Below, in pieces: positions 49,282 to 59,415 of a stretch of DNA of 64,000 nt. The translations under genes and the position numbers were made by a program. This DNA comes from an uncultured delta proteobacterium (lineage in GTDB: Bacteria > Desulfobacterota > Binatia > UBA9968), in assembly GCA_963771465.1 (NCBI GenBank), contig CAVYTU010000001.1, positions 32,001 through 96,000 on the forward strand, given 5' to 3'. The first letter of the stretch is position 1; each line of letters opens with the position of its first letter. The notes beneath the pieces were generated by a model that saw nothing but the letters and a program-made list of their open reading frames with translations, was not told the origin of the DNA and searched no databases.

Positions 49282-51231
49282 TCAATGAACTTGCAACACC
49301 TGATACGGCCCGAAACGGCGTGCGAGACGAAACCGATTGTCGGCCGGAACGTCAACGTGTTGATGGGCGGCTTCATCTTTCGCAGTCGTGCTGGTTTGTA
49401 CGATGCGGTATTCATCCTCAGATGAAACACCTTCCGCGCATTGATTCTTGTTGGTGATGTCATGTCGATGTTTGAACAGCAGATCAAAATCAGCTCCAAC
49501 TTTATAGCGGGGGTCGATGCCGTGATAGGTAGCCATAAATCTGTAGATATAGGTCTGGTAACCGATCGCCACGTTCTGTTTACCGTATAATTTGATTTGG
49601 TCGGCTAAATAGTCGATGACCTGAATCTGCTCGCCCTTTCTTCCCGACCAGCCTTCAGTTAGCCATGCGCTAGCCCGCGCGAGCAGCAAGGAGTTGCCGG
49701 CGATCCCCATGATCACGAGAATGGAAACTATACGTGTGACAGTCGGGGAAAACCCCAGTTTGGACGGCAAATAAGTGACGGCGGCGGCGAGGGTTATAAC
49801 TTGCAGCGGCCACAACCACCAAAATCTTTCGAGACGCTCTAGCTCAGTCAATGCGAGCATAATCATCCACGGTACAACGAGGCTGGTCACGAAAACTCCC
49901 ATTCTCCACGGCCGCTGTGCGGCGCCTCCAACCAAAACCGCAACGAGTCGACCGAACCCACCGGCTATTGTCTGTTTAAGCATTACGAGTATAAAGCCCG
50001 CGAACAGAAATATCGCCTGCAGGATCCGTACGTTCATAAGCGTCGAAGCCTCCAACCTCTCGTCCATACTCAAAAAACGCGCGACCGTGAGTTCATTCAC
50101 CAATAGACCCAGGAGAAGCGCGGCGATACCAACATAATTAAGAATAACGGGCCAGGCGATCTTTCGGTTGGTCGACTCGAAGCTGAAATTGCTTAGGCTC
50201 TGAGCGAGCAAGAGGAAAAGTCCGATCACCATCAGTACGAGGAGCGCGGCGTCCACTCCGGAAAATTTTGCAGCATGATGAAAATTAGCGATCAAAAGAT
50301 GATTCATTATGAGACTGGCGCGGCCCCATAGTGGACTCAGTCCCTGGACGAAGTTGCGCCAAATACCGTCGTAACGGTTCGGCGGTGGTGGCGCGGTGAA
50401 AACCGCGGAGGCGGAACCGTTCTCCCAGCTTTTCGGCGCCAAGCCTGGATCACACCAAAATTCCTTGAAATTGCTCAAGCGCATTTGTTGACGATAGACT
50501 TGGGATTTAAGATCGGCGAAATCTCGGCTTGCTTCGAATCGCAGATAAGGGTACCAAACAGCTGCAGCAAGAACCGTGATGAACGCTATGGGTGCCAACC
50601 GCACCGGAGGACGATAGAGAAACCAAACTACGGGAATAATGAATAAAGCCGGCGCCATCTCTAAAAACATGTACATCCCGACAGCCCAGATGAAAGCGGC
50701 GGCCGCTAGATACCATGGGTTCTTCCTTTCCACCCACTTTCCAATCCAGTAGCTCATCCACACGTAAAAAAAAGGGTGAGAGCGCACCCAGGAGCTTTGG
50801 GCAAATAACAAACCCAACTCCGACAAACCCCACAGCGTCACGGCCAAGTAGGCGCATGCGGTTCCGAAAAAGTCACGCGCAAGAAAGAAAATACCAAACA
50901 AAGTTCCGACATATAGCAAAGCGGACGCGGGGAACTCAAAAAGTCGAGGATCGCTGAAACTCACCGCACCTGGAATCATCAACCAGGTGATTCCGGGCGG
51001 CGTGTAGGAGCCAAAGCTCGTCAAGGTGCCTTTGTGCGGAATCTCCCCTGCGTTTACGAACGCCTGGGCGTCATCCATGTAAGGGATCAGATCGAAATTG
51101 AAGGTCCTTGTATTCCATCCCTGAAAAGCCAACAGCAAGCCGACCGCCGCGACGAGACCAATAAGAATTGTGGAACAAACGATAGGCTTCGGCAGATTCA
51201 TTCTCTCGGCTGCCATAACGGGTATTGTCAA
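49282..51231 (-). CDS. Multi-pass membrane protein, possibly a GT-C fold transferase or ligase
   Basis: More than 10 hydrophobic helices, an N-terminal loop with a conserved-looking Asp and GxxxSFGSYTPP, and location in a glycan locus. Confidence 0.6.
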   Translation of the reverse strand: MTIPVMAAERMNLPKPIVCSTILIGLVAAVGLLLAFQGWNTRTFNFDLIPYMDDAQAFVNAGEIPHKGTLTSFGSYTPPGITWLMIPGAVSFSDPRLFEFPASALLYVGTLFGIFFLARDFFGTACAYLAVTLWGLSELGLLFAQSSWVRSHPFFYVWMSYWIGKWVERKNPWYLAAAAFIWAVGMYMFLEMAPALFIIPVVWFLYRPPVRLAPIAFITVLAAAVWYPYLRFEASRDFADLKSQVYRQQMRLSNFKEFWCDPGLAPKSWENGSASAVFTAPPPPNRYDGIWRNFVQGLSPLWGRASLIMNHLLIANFHHAAKFSGVDAALLVLMVIGLFLLLAQSLSNFSFESTNRKIAWPVILNYVGIAALLLGLLVNELTVARFLSMDERLEASTLMNVRILQAIFLFAGFILVMLKQTIAGGFGRLVAVLVGGAAQRPWRMGVFVTSLVVPWMIMLALTELERLERFWWLWPLQVITLAAAVTYLPSKLGFSPTVTRIVSILVIMGIAGNSLLLARASAWLTEGWSGRKGEQIQVIDYLADQIKLYGKQNVAIGYQTYIYRFMATYHGIDPRYKVGADFDLLFKHRHDITNKNQCAEGVSSEDEYRIVQTSTTAKDEAAHQHVDVPADNRFRLARRFGPYQVLQVH

Positions 51232-51402
51232 TCTCTCGAAGCTCGTCGCCGCATACTCATCGACACCGGTCCCTCTGCAGATTCCAGATGGGAATTTGTA
51301 GAATTGAGCCGGGATAGTGAAGGTAGGTCAATTAGGTGCTGCTCATCTTACACCGGCAGGCACCACGAACAGCGGCATGTTCCTAAGCGCGTAGTGTCGG
51401 TC

Positions 51403-52392
51403 TTAATTCCTCAGGGTCGTAGCGCAAGCCGTCTTAATTCGATTGCTCAAATAGGTCGCGGCCTCAGTCAGGAGACTTCGGCTCACGGCGCTGTAATACG
51501 CCGGGATAAATGGCAGCGCGAAGGCTGCTTTAACCCATACGGGGAACGAAAGTCGCTGCCGATAAATGCCGCTCCAACGTTCGTAATAACAACCCCAGTT
51601 CATTCGATCGATGGTATCTTTTACCTCCCGCCATTCGGCGGGGTGAGCGGCAGCAAATTGCTGAAGCTTTGGATCGGAATTGACGAATTGCAATAATTCT
51701 CGGGTTGCCCGGGCTATATCGTCGATGCTGATAGACAATCCATGGCTTGCTTGATAGACCCGAAAGCGGAAGGTCGCGCGCGAACTCATGGCAACATGAT
51801 TGTCTAAGCAAAGCTTCACCACCAGAGCATCATCATGGCTATGGCCTCTCCATAATTCCGGGTATCCGCCGCACGCCCTTAAGGCCTGAGTCCGGGAAAA
51901 AAACGACGCGAGTCCGGCAAATTTGTATTGAGAGGTTCGCCATAAGCTTTGGATAAATTCCGGACCGCTGACGATAGGCGGAAGATCGTCGCTTGAAGTT
52001 CTGATCGTCTTTCCGGACTCGTCCATGATTTCCTGTCTCGACAAAGCAACCGACGCGCTGGGATAACGGGCCAACAAGGCGGCCATTTCGGAGACGAAAT
52101 TGGGGCTGATTTCATCATCATCGCACAAAATCATGAAATATTTTCCTGATGCCCGCTGTATAATCTGATTGAAATGGGTCGGCATGCTGACAATGGAAGG
52201 GCTTTGGCGAAATTTAAAAGGTTTCGAATAGTGTCGCCGAACCAGCTGCGGCACCTCGCCGCCGTTGAGCCCGTTATCCGACACTATCAGTTCGATCGCG
52301 GGATAGTTTTGTTCGCTGACGCTTCGAAGAACGTTCGGAAGAAATCCAAGTCGCTTGTAGACAGGAACACCGATAGTAACTAAGTCGCTCAT
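51403..52392 (-). CDS. GT2 glycosyltransferase
   Basis: Motifs VTIGVPVY, IVSDNG and LCDDD. Confidence 0.88.
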   Translation of the reverse strand: MSDLVTIGVPVYKRLGFLPNVLRSVSEQNYPAIELIVSDNGLNGGEVPQLVRRHYSKPFKFRQSPSIVSMPTHFNQIIQRASGKYFMILCDDDEISPNFVSEMAALLARYPSASVALSRQEIMDESGKTIRTSSDDLPPIVSGPEFIQSLWRTSQYKFAGLASFFSRTQALRACGGYPELWRGHSHDDALVVKLCLDNHVAMSSRATFRFRVYQASHGLSISIDDIARATRELLQFVNSDPKLQQFAAAHPAEWREVKDTIDRMNWGCYYERWSGIYRQRLSFPVWVKAAFALPFIPAYYSAVSRSLLTEAATYLSNRIKTACATTLRN

Positions 52393-52411
52393 AAAGGTTC
52401 AGCCACAGGAT

Positions 52412-53338
52412 TTAGCAGCCAGAGGGCGCTTCAGCGCCTGATTCTTCTCTGAGCTTGCCGCCTTCACGGTGGCGAGCCGGCTTTACCAACCCGTCAGCCG
52501 CCGAATACAACGGATGGTCGAAGAAATGGGCCAGATAAACCATGTCCACCCATTCTTGTTGATCGTATGGCTTGGGCAGAAAATACTTGAGGCCGTACAT
52601 CGGCGAGATTTTTCTCATCGCGTGCGCCGCGTTAAACTCCCGGATGGCTAAACGCTCGCCCGTGAAATCCGAATAGATATGCCCCAAAATATCGTCGAAG
52701 TAACAGTAGATGCGCGGCAGAAGAATTTTTCTATCCGCCTCAAAAAGCTTAAATGCCTGCATCGTTGAACTGTAATAATCGAGATCAAAAGAAATGAACC
52801 CGACCGGAGCGGGATTAGAAGCCAGAAATGCTGGGAGGGTATTTTCGACCGGACCCAGCACCAGCTCCGCCCTTGTAAGACGCTTTTTAAGCCGTCCCAC
52901 GTCCATGGGAAATGCTCCTTCCACCCACAAACTGGGCAGGTCGCGATAATCGGTCGGCTTGGGCAATCCAATCCCGGTGTCGAAACCGTAGACACTGATA
53001 CCAACGCCTAAAATCGCCTCGACCTTTTCGGCTATCTGATCGAGGGCAACCAAACCATTGCCTCCCGCCACGCCAAACTCGATCACCGATACCCGTTTCA
53101 TACCGAGCGCTTTGGCAAGATGCGCAGCTTGCAAAACGCCCCACGCGTAATTAGGTCTGAAACCTGATGTGCTTTCCTGATGGATTTGCGTGAGTAACGA
53201 ATTCAACCAAGGATAAGCAAGATCGCTATCTTCAGTTATCTTGGGACTCACGACGACCGGTTCTTCCGCCCAATTTTTCAGCAACCGAATGCCTCCGAGT
53301 GTTTTTCTAAGCAGCCCCTTCGTCACCTTTTTTAACAT
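52412..53338 (-). CDS. TylF/MycF-like methyltransferase-fold protein
   Basis: Motifs EFGVAGG, YGFDT..GLP, DLDYYSST and YFDD. Confidence 0.75.
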   Translation of the reverse strand: MLKKVTKGLLRKTLGGIRLLKNWAEEPVVVSPKITEDSDLAYPWLNSLLTQIHQESTSGFRPNYAWGVLQAAHLAKALGMKRVSVIEFGVAGGNGLVALDQIAEKVEAILGVGISVYGFDTGIGLPKPTDYRDLPSLWVEGAFPMDVGRLKKRLTRAELVLGPVENTLPAFLASNPAPVGFISFDLDYYSSTMQAFKLFEADRKILLPRIYCYFDDILGHIYSDFTGERLAIREFNAAHAMRKISPMYGLKYFLPKPYDQQEWVDMVYLAHFFDHPLYSAADGLVKPARHREGGKLREESGAEAPSGC

Positions 53339-53394
53339 GCATCTCCTCCTTCCTAGAAAATTTTTTCTGTCACGATTACAGCTTATAGGATTTA

Positions 53395-54450
53395 TCACTC
53401 ATTCAATGGCGTGTTGATCTCCACTACCTTTCCCGAATACGCCTTTGGATCATCCAAGACCCACCGACTTTCTACCACGATCCGACTACCGTCGCGGGCG
53501 GCATGCACCAGCTTGCCTTCCCATTTTCCGTTTTGAAGGAGTATGGCATCGATCTTTTCCAACGGTTCGGGAAACTCCGTCCGGAGAAGGTTATGGCTTA
53601 CCTTGCCTAGGGCCTCCTCTTTCCTCCAGCCATACAATCGCTCTGCGCCATAATTCCAGAAATTAATTTTACCATCTATGGTGCGAGTCATGACGATGTC
53701 TTTACTGTCAGATTCTTCAGTTGACAAACGATTGATGATGAAGGCTTTGCCGTCCCAGCCAAATTCTTTGTACGGTGTTGCCTTCAGGCGCGGATTTCGT
53801 TCCAGCCATTCGTTGAAAGCTTTCTGTTCTCCCAATTCTTCACGGTTTGCAAAACAATACCAATCATCGAAAATGATTATACTGCCATCTACAAGATAGG
53901 GTTCGACGAAGGTCAAAACCGGCACTGTTGACTCATAGACATCACAATCCACATTTACGATGGCCGCAGCCCGGAGAGCGAGTTTTTCTTCCGTTTCATG
54001 ATTGAGTGTATCCGAGTACCAGCCGGGGATCAGCTCCACTCGGCTCATATCCACATCGGCGTGCACAAGGTTGTTACGCACCTCGAGCAAGCCGCCGGAA
54101 AAAATTCCCGGCGGAAACGCTTTTGCTTCACTCTTGTTCACATTGAGTGTAGGAATTCCTTGAAAAGAATCGAAGCCGTAGAACTTCATATCCGACAGCG
54201 ATCCAAAGCGTTTGGAAAGATGATAGGCGGCAATCATGCTACCACCCATCCACATGCCAAATTCGAGATAGTCGCCTTTCACCTCGGCCCAATGCACGTA
54301 TTCGAGACATGCACTGAGCATTGCCTCTTTTCGGTTATATTGCACCAGCTCCTGGATTTTAGGTAGGTACTTATGTCGCACCGCTGGCTTGTTTAAGTAG
54401 TTGATAATCGGTCGAGCGATAAATTTGAGAAGTCTAGACAAAATTTTCAT
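53395..54450 (-). CDS. TylF/MycF O-methyltransferase fused to a C-terminal PAS domain
   Basis: GDYLEFG, GFDSFQG, GWYSDTL, VDCDVYES and FDDW, followed by WNYGAERLYGW...WEG...SRW. Confidence 0.88.
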   Translation of the reverse strand: MKILSRLLKFIARPIINYLNKPAVRHKYLPKIQELVQYNRKEAMLSACLEYVHWAEVKGDYLEFGMWMGGSMIAAYHLSKRFGSLSDMKFYGFDSFQGIPTLNVNKSEAKAFPPGIFSGGLLEVRNNLVHADVDMSRVELIPGWYSDTLNHETEEKLALRAAAIVNVDCDVYESTVPVLTFVEPYLVDGSIIIFDDWYCFANREELGEQKAFNEWLERNPRLKATPYKEFGWDGKAFIINRLSTEESDSKDIVMTRTIDGKINFWNYGAERLYGWRKEEALGKVSHNLLRTEFPEPLEKIDAILLQNGKWEGKLVHAARDGSRIVVESRWVLDDPKAYSGKVVEINTPLNE

Positions 54451-54520
54451 CCTCTTGGCAGGAGATTACTTTAGATCCACCTGTCTGGCTATTATGAGTG
54501 ACCTAAAGCGGTGGACTGCT

Positions 54521-55495
54521 CTAAGCAACGAGTGGAGAGTCCCAATGGGACGTGCTTTGTAACCGCTCTCTGTACCAATCGATCGTATGCGCCAAACCCG
54601 TTTTCAACGGCGTCCGTGGCTTCCAGCCGAGCTTTGCATCGGCGGCGCTCATGTCCGCCACCCGCACGGGTTCAGCGGGCCGGTCCGGCAGCGCGTTGAA
54701 TTGCGGCGCCACTTCAGCATCCATTAGCTCGACGATCTGATTAACTACGACGCGAATCGGGACAAGCACACCCGAGCCGAGATCGATCGTCTGCCCTTCG
54801 ATGTCCGGCGCGCTTGCCGCGGCCAGAAAGCCGTCGATGACATCGTCAATGTAAACCCAGTCGATTTCTTGGCGGCCGCTTGAGAGCGTCGGCGCCTGAT
54901 TTTTTAGCAGCGACAGTATTACGTGAGGGATCAGCTTCCGTTCGTCCTGACGGGGACCATACGTCATAAACGGTCGCACCATGACCACCGGAAAATTGTA
55001 AAGCTTATGAAACATTCGCGCATAGGCGCCGCTCGCCCACTTGGCTGCGGCATAAGGCGAACCCGGTGTAATGTCAGATCCGTCCTGCGGCGGCTCGGTC
55101 AAGGAAGCCGCAAGAATCAACCGGCGGCAACCGACATCTGTGGCGGCCGTGAGCAGATTAACGGTACTGACAAGTAAGCTATGGAAGGTCGGCAAAACCA
55201 ATTCGCACTCGGGATGGGCAGTCGCCAAACCGGAGAGATGAAAAATAGTGTCAGGTTTGATCTCCTGCAATAAGCTGCGCGCACTGGCACCATCGGCCAT
55301 ATCGCCTTGCCACCAGCGAATGCTATCGGCTTCTGAATCACGCCGACCACGGGAAACGGCATGAATCTCCGCGCCCTCTTTGACTAAGCTGCGGCACAAA
55401 TGAGAGCCGAGAAATCCACTGGCCCCCGTGACGACAATTTTTGCCGCGGTAAGGTTCCTTGGCCGAAATTGCGCATGTGTCTTGCCTGCTGTCAT
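54521..55495 (-). CDS. NAD-dependent sugar epimerase/reductase
   Basis: Motifs TGASGFLGSHL, YAAAK and TYGP. Confidence 0.88.
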   Translation of the reverse strand: MTAGKTHAQFRPRNLTAAKIVVTGASGFLGSHLCRSLVKEGAEIHAVSRGRRDSEADSIRWWQGDMADGASARSLLQEIKPDTIFHLSGLATAHPECELVLPTFHSLLVSTVNLLTAATDVGCRRLILAASLTEPPQDGSDITPGSPYAAAKWASGAYARMFHKLYNFPVVMVRPFMTYGPRQDERKLIPHVILSLLKNQAPTLSSGRQEIDWVYIDDVIDGFLAAASAPDIEGQTIDLGSGVLVPIRVVVNQIVELMDAEVAPQFNALPDRPAEPVRVADMSAADAKLGWKPRTPLKTGLAHTIDWYRERLQSTSHWDSPLVA

Positions 55496-55526
55496 TCGCT
55501 TACTTTTTCGCGCGGCTAAAGGCGGA

Positions 55527-56354
55527 TTAGCTAAGAACGGCGAATCTTCCAAGTGCCTGAGTTAAACCTTCTGGCGTACCGATATCGCAGTATGGCTTGG
55601 CGGAAACCGTTACGGCTTGGGTCCGCACCCCATCGCTTATTGCGGCCTGAATCACGTGGCCTACAGAAAGCTCCGATGGAGTGGTCGCAAACTTTTTCTT
55701 GGCTGCGAGATAAGCGTGCATGAACTCCGTGAAAGCAGGCGTCCAAACGGCGACGTCCCAGCTGTATTGCAATTGAGTTTCTCGCGGTTGAATGAGCAGG
55801 TTCGTCACCCGGCCATCTTCTGTAATCTCAACCATATCCATTTTTTGTGGCCGGTCTGCGGGGAAAACGCCCAAGACAATATCCGCGTGGCCGCGCGCCT
55901 GCTGTGAAAGCAATTCACAGAAAGCATCGTCTCCTTCAAACAGAATATCGGGAAACCCAAAAGCGACGACTGAATGGCGCACGAACGGATAAGCTTCATC
56001 TAAAGTATAAGGAGGACCCGAAGTCGCGCCAACGACACAATAGCCGAGATGCATGCCAAGCATCGATCCATCGCGCAAATATGCCGGAATGTCCCATTTT
56101 CCTTCTCGTACCACGATATAGGCCTTGGTAATATCCGCCCGCCGCATCTTCTCTAGTAAGTAATGACACGCCACCTTTGGCCGTTGCTCGTTTCCATCAG
56201 CGCCCCGCTTCCATCCAATCGGGTACAACTCCTTACTAAAAGGTAGCGGTGCCAAGCGGGTTGCATGCCCGGCCGCGGGAATGAGACCCAGCACTTCGTT
56301 AGGACGCGCGATTGGACCCGTGCTCCTGCTTGCAAATAGCGGTTCCGAGTTCAT
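55527..56354 (-). CDS. Sugar-1-phosphate nucleotidyltransferase (RmlA-like)
   Basis: Motifs PAAGHATRLAPLPFSKEL and DIGTPE. Confidence 0.85.
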   Translation of the reverse strand: MNSEPLFASRSTGPIARPNEVLGLIPAAGHATRLAPLPFSKELYPIGWKRGADGNEQRPKVACHYLLEKMRRADITKAYIVVREGKWDIPAYLRDGSMLGMHLGYCVVGATSGPPYTLDEAYPFVRHSVVAFGFPDILFEGDDAFCELLSQQARGHADIVLGVFPADRPQKMDMVEITEDGRVTNLLIQPRETQLQYSWDVAVWTPAFTEFMHAYLAAKKKFATTPSELSVGHVIQAAISDGVRTQAVTVSAKPYCDIGTPEGLTQALGRFAVLS

Positions 56355-56479
56355 AACTAAACAGGAAAACAAGATGAGCAATCGGAGTGGCCGGCATCAC
56401 ATGACTCTTGCTCCGCACCGCCGCAAAGCGATGGCTCAGAGAGCAACCGCGGTTGTTGGATGATGGCGGCCGTATTTGA

Positions 56480-56745
56480 GACGTAATACCGCCTCGATAT
56501 GCTCTGGAGTTTTGGGCGCATCCGACAAACTCACGATCCATTCGTCGACTTGAGAAGCATAACTGAAGCGGCGTCGGCGATTTAGAGGTTCTTTACCATG
56601 CCGTTCTTAGCCGTCGGTATGTACTTACCGCGCATTTCGGCGCAACCGAGCGTCTCGACAGCGACTATCCTGCTTCATCAGGATGGCGACACCGACCAAG
56701 CCGTAGTCGCCCTATTTGTCCTTGACTATCGCGACAACCAGCGAC
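56480..56745 (-). pseudogene. Remnant of an FkbH-family gene (C-terminal part)
   Basis: Minus strand reads VKDK*GDYGLVGVAIL, then LGCAEMRGKYIPTAKNGMVKNL*. These match FkbH motifs DxFGDYGLVG and GEYIPTAKNGMV, with stops and the intervening MSCRVLGR block missing. Confidence 0.7.
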
Positions 56746-56804
56746 CGCGCTCCTTGCGCCACAAACTCATAGCAACCTGCGAATGCACACTCTCATCCGA
56801 TTAG

Positions 56805-57740
56805 TTAAACGGTAGGTTTTTCTAAAAATGGCGGCTGAAAAACTAGCTCTCCGTCGCCAAGCGGTTCGTCGTCATAGAGGCCAATGACCTTCTCAGGAAT
56901 ACGGGAAAAATCGGTGCCGCGCATGAAGTCTCTCAGGGAAGTTCCGGTAGCAGCGGAATCCACATTGAGCGCGCCTATCTTGGCCTTGACGTCGTCAATA
57001 TGGACGGTCCGGAAGTCGATGCTGAATCGCGTCTTTCCCGAGCTATTGGGGACCGCCGAATGCAACTGAGCTCCGGAAAATAAAATGACTCCACCCACAG
57101 GCGGGATCGGCCGTAACTGCGGCTCGAGCTCAATGGCTTCTTCGGGCCGGGGCTGGTTCTGCAAATAATCGTCGAAATTATCGGCGGCCGACTTACGCGC
57201 GTATTTGTTCCAACGATAGTGATTGAACTGGCTCGAACCGTTGCGCACCGGTTCCTTCCAGTAGCGTGGGTGAAAGGCCAAGGCGCTGGTCATTCCAATA
57301 GGATAAACGGGCAACCACCAGTTCTGCTGGCAAAAAGGCGCTGAATACCACGTGTCCCTGTGCGGATGAATGCCATACGTCAAGCCTGACGCCTGCTGGC
57401 CCGCATGCGTAACCGATTTTAAACGTGGAACGTCGAAATAGGTTTTGCTCAGATCGCAGCCAAATTCTTCGAGGATTCCCTGCAGCAGGCCTTTTGATCG
57501 CGGATGATGGACAAACCTCGGCTTGAGTCGAGCCAAAATCGCCACGTATTCATCGGCCGGCAGGTGGTGCTGCGCTACTTGAGGATCGAAAGAACCGAAC
57601 GCTTCTTCAATCAGCTCGCGAGCAAATTCGCACAATGCCAGTATGCTGGGGCGTGCGGAGAACACAAAGAGCTCGCCCTCATAAATAGATTGTCGCCGCA
57701 CCCGATCATCGACATCGGAATCAATATAGATTGAATCCAT
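56805..57740 (-). CDS. Putative Fe(II)/2-oxoglutarate oxygenase-fold protein
   Basis: HRD...H triad (HPHRDTWY, QLHSA) and RFSIDFR. AGGAG RBS. Confidence 0.65.
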   Translation of the reverse strand: MDSIYIDSDVDDRVRRQSIYEGELFVFSARPSILALCEFARELIEEAFGSFDPQVAQHHLPADEYVAILARLKPRFVHHPRSKGLLQGILEEFGCDLSKTYFDVPRLKSVTHAGQQASGLTYGIHPHRDTWYSAPFCQQNWWLPVYPIGMTSALAFHPRYWKEPVRNGSSQFNHYRWNKYARKSAADNFDDYLQNQPRPEEAIELEPQLRPIPPVGGVILFSGAQLHSAVPNSSGKTRFSIDFRTVHIDDVKAKIGALNVDSAATGTSLRDFMRGTDFSRIPEKVIGLYDDEPLGDGELVFQPPFLEKPTV

Positions 57741-57945
57741 CTTGCACGCTCCTAGGTCAAATCTTCGCAGAGCAGGTGTATCGGTCTAAGCCGCAGGGTA
57801 TCGATCAGAACAGGGTGTAAATAAAAGGCGCCATGTTCGAACTTTGACCAAAAAAACTCAAACTCGTCACCATCAACAACAGCGCGAAAACCGGAGTCCC
57901 GCGTCTACCCATATCCGCTTCTGGGGGATCGCCAATAACATGACG

Positions 57946-59250
57946 TCACACCCCGTGTGCAAGCAAACCCTGGTCAAGCAGGCGGCCGGCCGCCTGCTTG
58001 ACCAGGGCGAAACTCAACCCCGATTTCGCGGCGATATCGAGCAAAGAACTTTCTCCGTCGGAGTAGTTGAGAATCCAGAGCATGGCCAACTGATTGCTCT
58101 TGTCGTTGGCCTCACCGCCGACGCTGCCGTACAAGCCGCGCTTTCCTAGCTGCGGCTCGCATTTCGGATTTCGATTGATGTAGCGGTGATTGTTTTCAAG
58201 GAGATCAAAGATCGATAGGCATTTATTAAAAGAATCAACCAGAGATTCGCTTTTGAGAAACTCAAGATTATCGGCCGACGTATGATATTCGGGAAAGCTG
58301 TCATGAGGGGATCGCATAAAGCAACCCACGGGCAGATTAAAGCCGGGTGAACAAAACTGTCTCTCGTCATAGCCGAAAGGTGAAAACTCGAGAATCTTGT
58401 GCGGCTCTCCATAATCTTTCAGTACCTGAATAGCCGCACGATCAATCTCCGCGTCGCCGCGCCGGCTTTTCTTGTAAGTGATTTTGCCCGAGTCACCGAC
58501 ACACGCCAGGATCAGCCCGTGCTTGATCTTGCTGACCCGCGTCTCATTCAAGCTCAACCAGGCAATCGAGCCGATACATCCCGGAGTATAAAGGAAGCGA
58601 TATGAATATCGTTGCGAATCGGGATGCAGCGTTGCGGCCAAAAAGACCGCCAACGCTATGCCGGAGAGATTATCGTTGGCGAGGGATGGATGGCAGATGT
58701 GAGTGGAAACCAAAATCTCATCATCGGTCTGGCCGGGGACAAAATATTCTCCATAGGTCAGCTCGCCGTCTTTGAGCGACGAGTTGATGAAGACTTCATA
58801 CTCACCATCCGGCAGCGTCGCAAGCTGCTTGTGGCTGAGGCAAAACCCCCAATTCTCTTTATAATAGGAGGTGCGATAAGGGATCCAGTCGGGGTGTTCG
58901 GGTAGAGTAAACAGGTGCGATTTCAATTCTGTAAAGGAGAGTTTTTGGTTCACAGGTGTGCTGTAGTTTAAAACATGAAGATTACAATTTTGAAAATCGA
59001 CGATTTTTTGCCCGCTGGGATTTTTGATGTAGGCACCCGTGATGTTCCATTCCTTAGGGATCGTCCAATCAAAAACCGTCGTTCCACTGGGCACGCTATG
59101 AATGGTCAATGGAATATAATCCTGAAGGATCTTGAGCGTCTCCCGCACACCGTCACCTGTGAGACTGCGGCAAATCGGATAAAGCCTCCGGATGAGTTGG
59201 TACATTCCTTCAGCAAAATCCGGCTCCTGGAAAGAAAGCAGATTGCTCAT
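57946..59250 (-). CDS. DUF4910 aminopeptidase-like protein of polysaccharide loci
   Basis: Motifs PICRSLTGDGVR, WIPYRTSYY, HICHPSLANDNLSG, GYDERQFCSPGFNLP, EYHTSAD and CEPQLGKRGLY. Confidence 0.9.
   Translation of the reverse strand: MSNLLSFQEPDFAEGMYQLIRRLYPICRSLTGDGVRETLKILQDYIPLTIHSVPSGTTVFDWTIPKEWNITGAYIKNPSGQKIVDFQNCNLHVLNYSTPVNQKLSFTELKSHLFTLPEHPDWIPYRTSYYKENWGFCLSHKQLATLPDGEYEVFINSSLKDGELTYGEYFVPGQTDDEILVSTHICHPSLANDNLSGIALAVFLAATLHPDSQRYSYRFLYTPGCIGSIAWLSLNETRVSKIKHGLILACVGDSGKITYKKSRRGDAEIDRAAIQVLKDYGEPHKILEFSPFGYDERQFCSPGFNLPVGCFMRSPHDSFPEYHTSADNLEFLKSESLVDSFNKCLSIFDLLENNHRYINRNPKCEPQLGKRGLYGSVGGEANDKSNQLAMLWILNYSDGESSLLDIAAKSGLSFALVKQAAGRLLDQGLLAHGV
57968..58007. repeat. Perfect 40-bp palindrome with no spacer
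   Basis: CCCTGGTCAAGCAGGCGGCC|GGCCGCCTGCTTGACCAGGG. Both strands encode LVKQAAGRLLDQG. Confidence 0.95.
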
Positions 59251-59415
59251 CGAGTTCCTAAGTGAGAAAAACACCTACATTTCAGGGTCACCAGGTGGTT
59301 CATTCTTTCTTTAAGCAATCCTCATTCTTTGACCAGACCACCGTCTCCACGAACCGTTTTCAACTGAAAACACGCGTTTCTCGCTCGCCTCAAGTTTGCG
59401 TGCAAACGCCGGACA

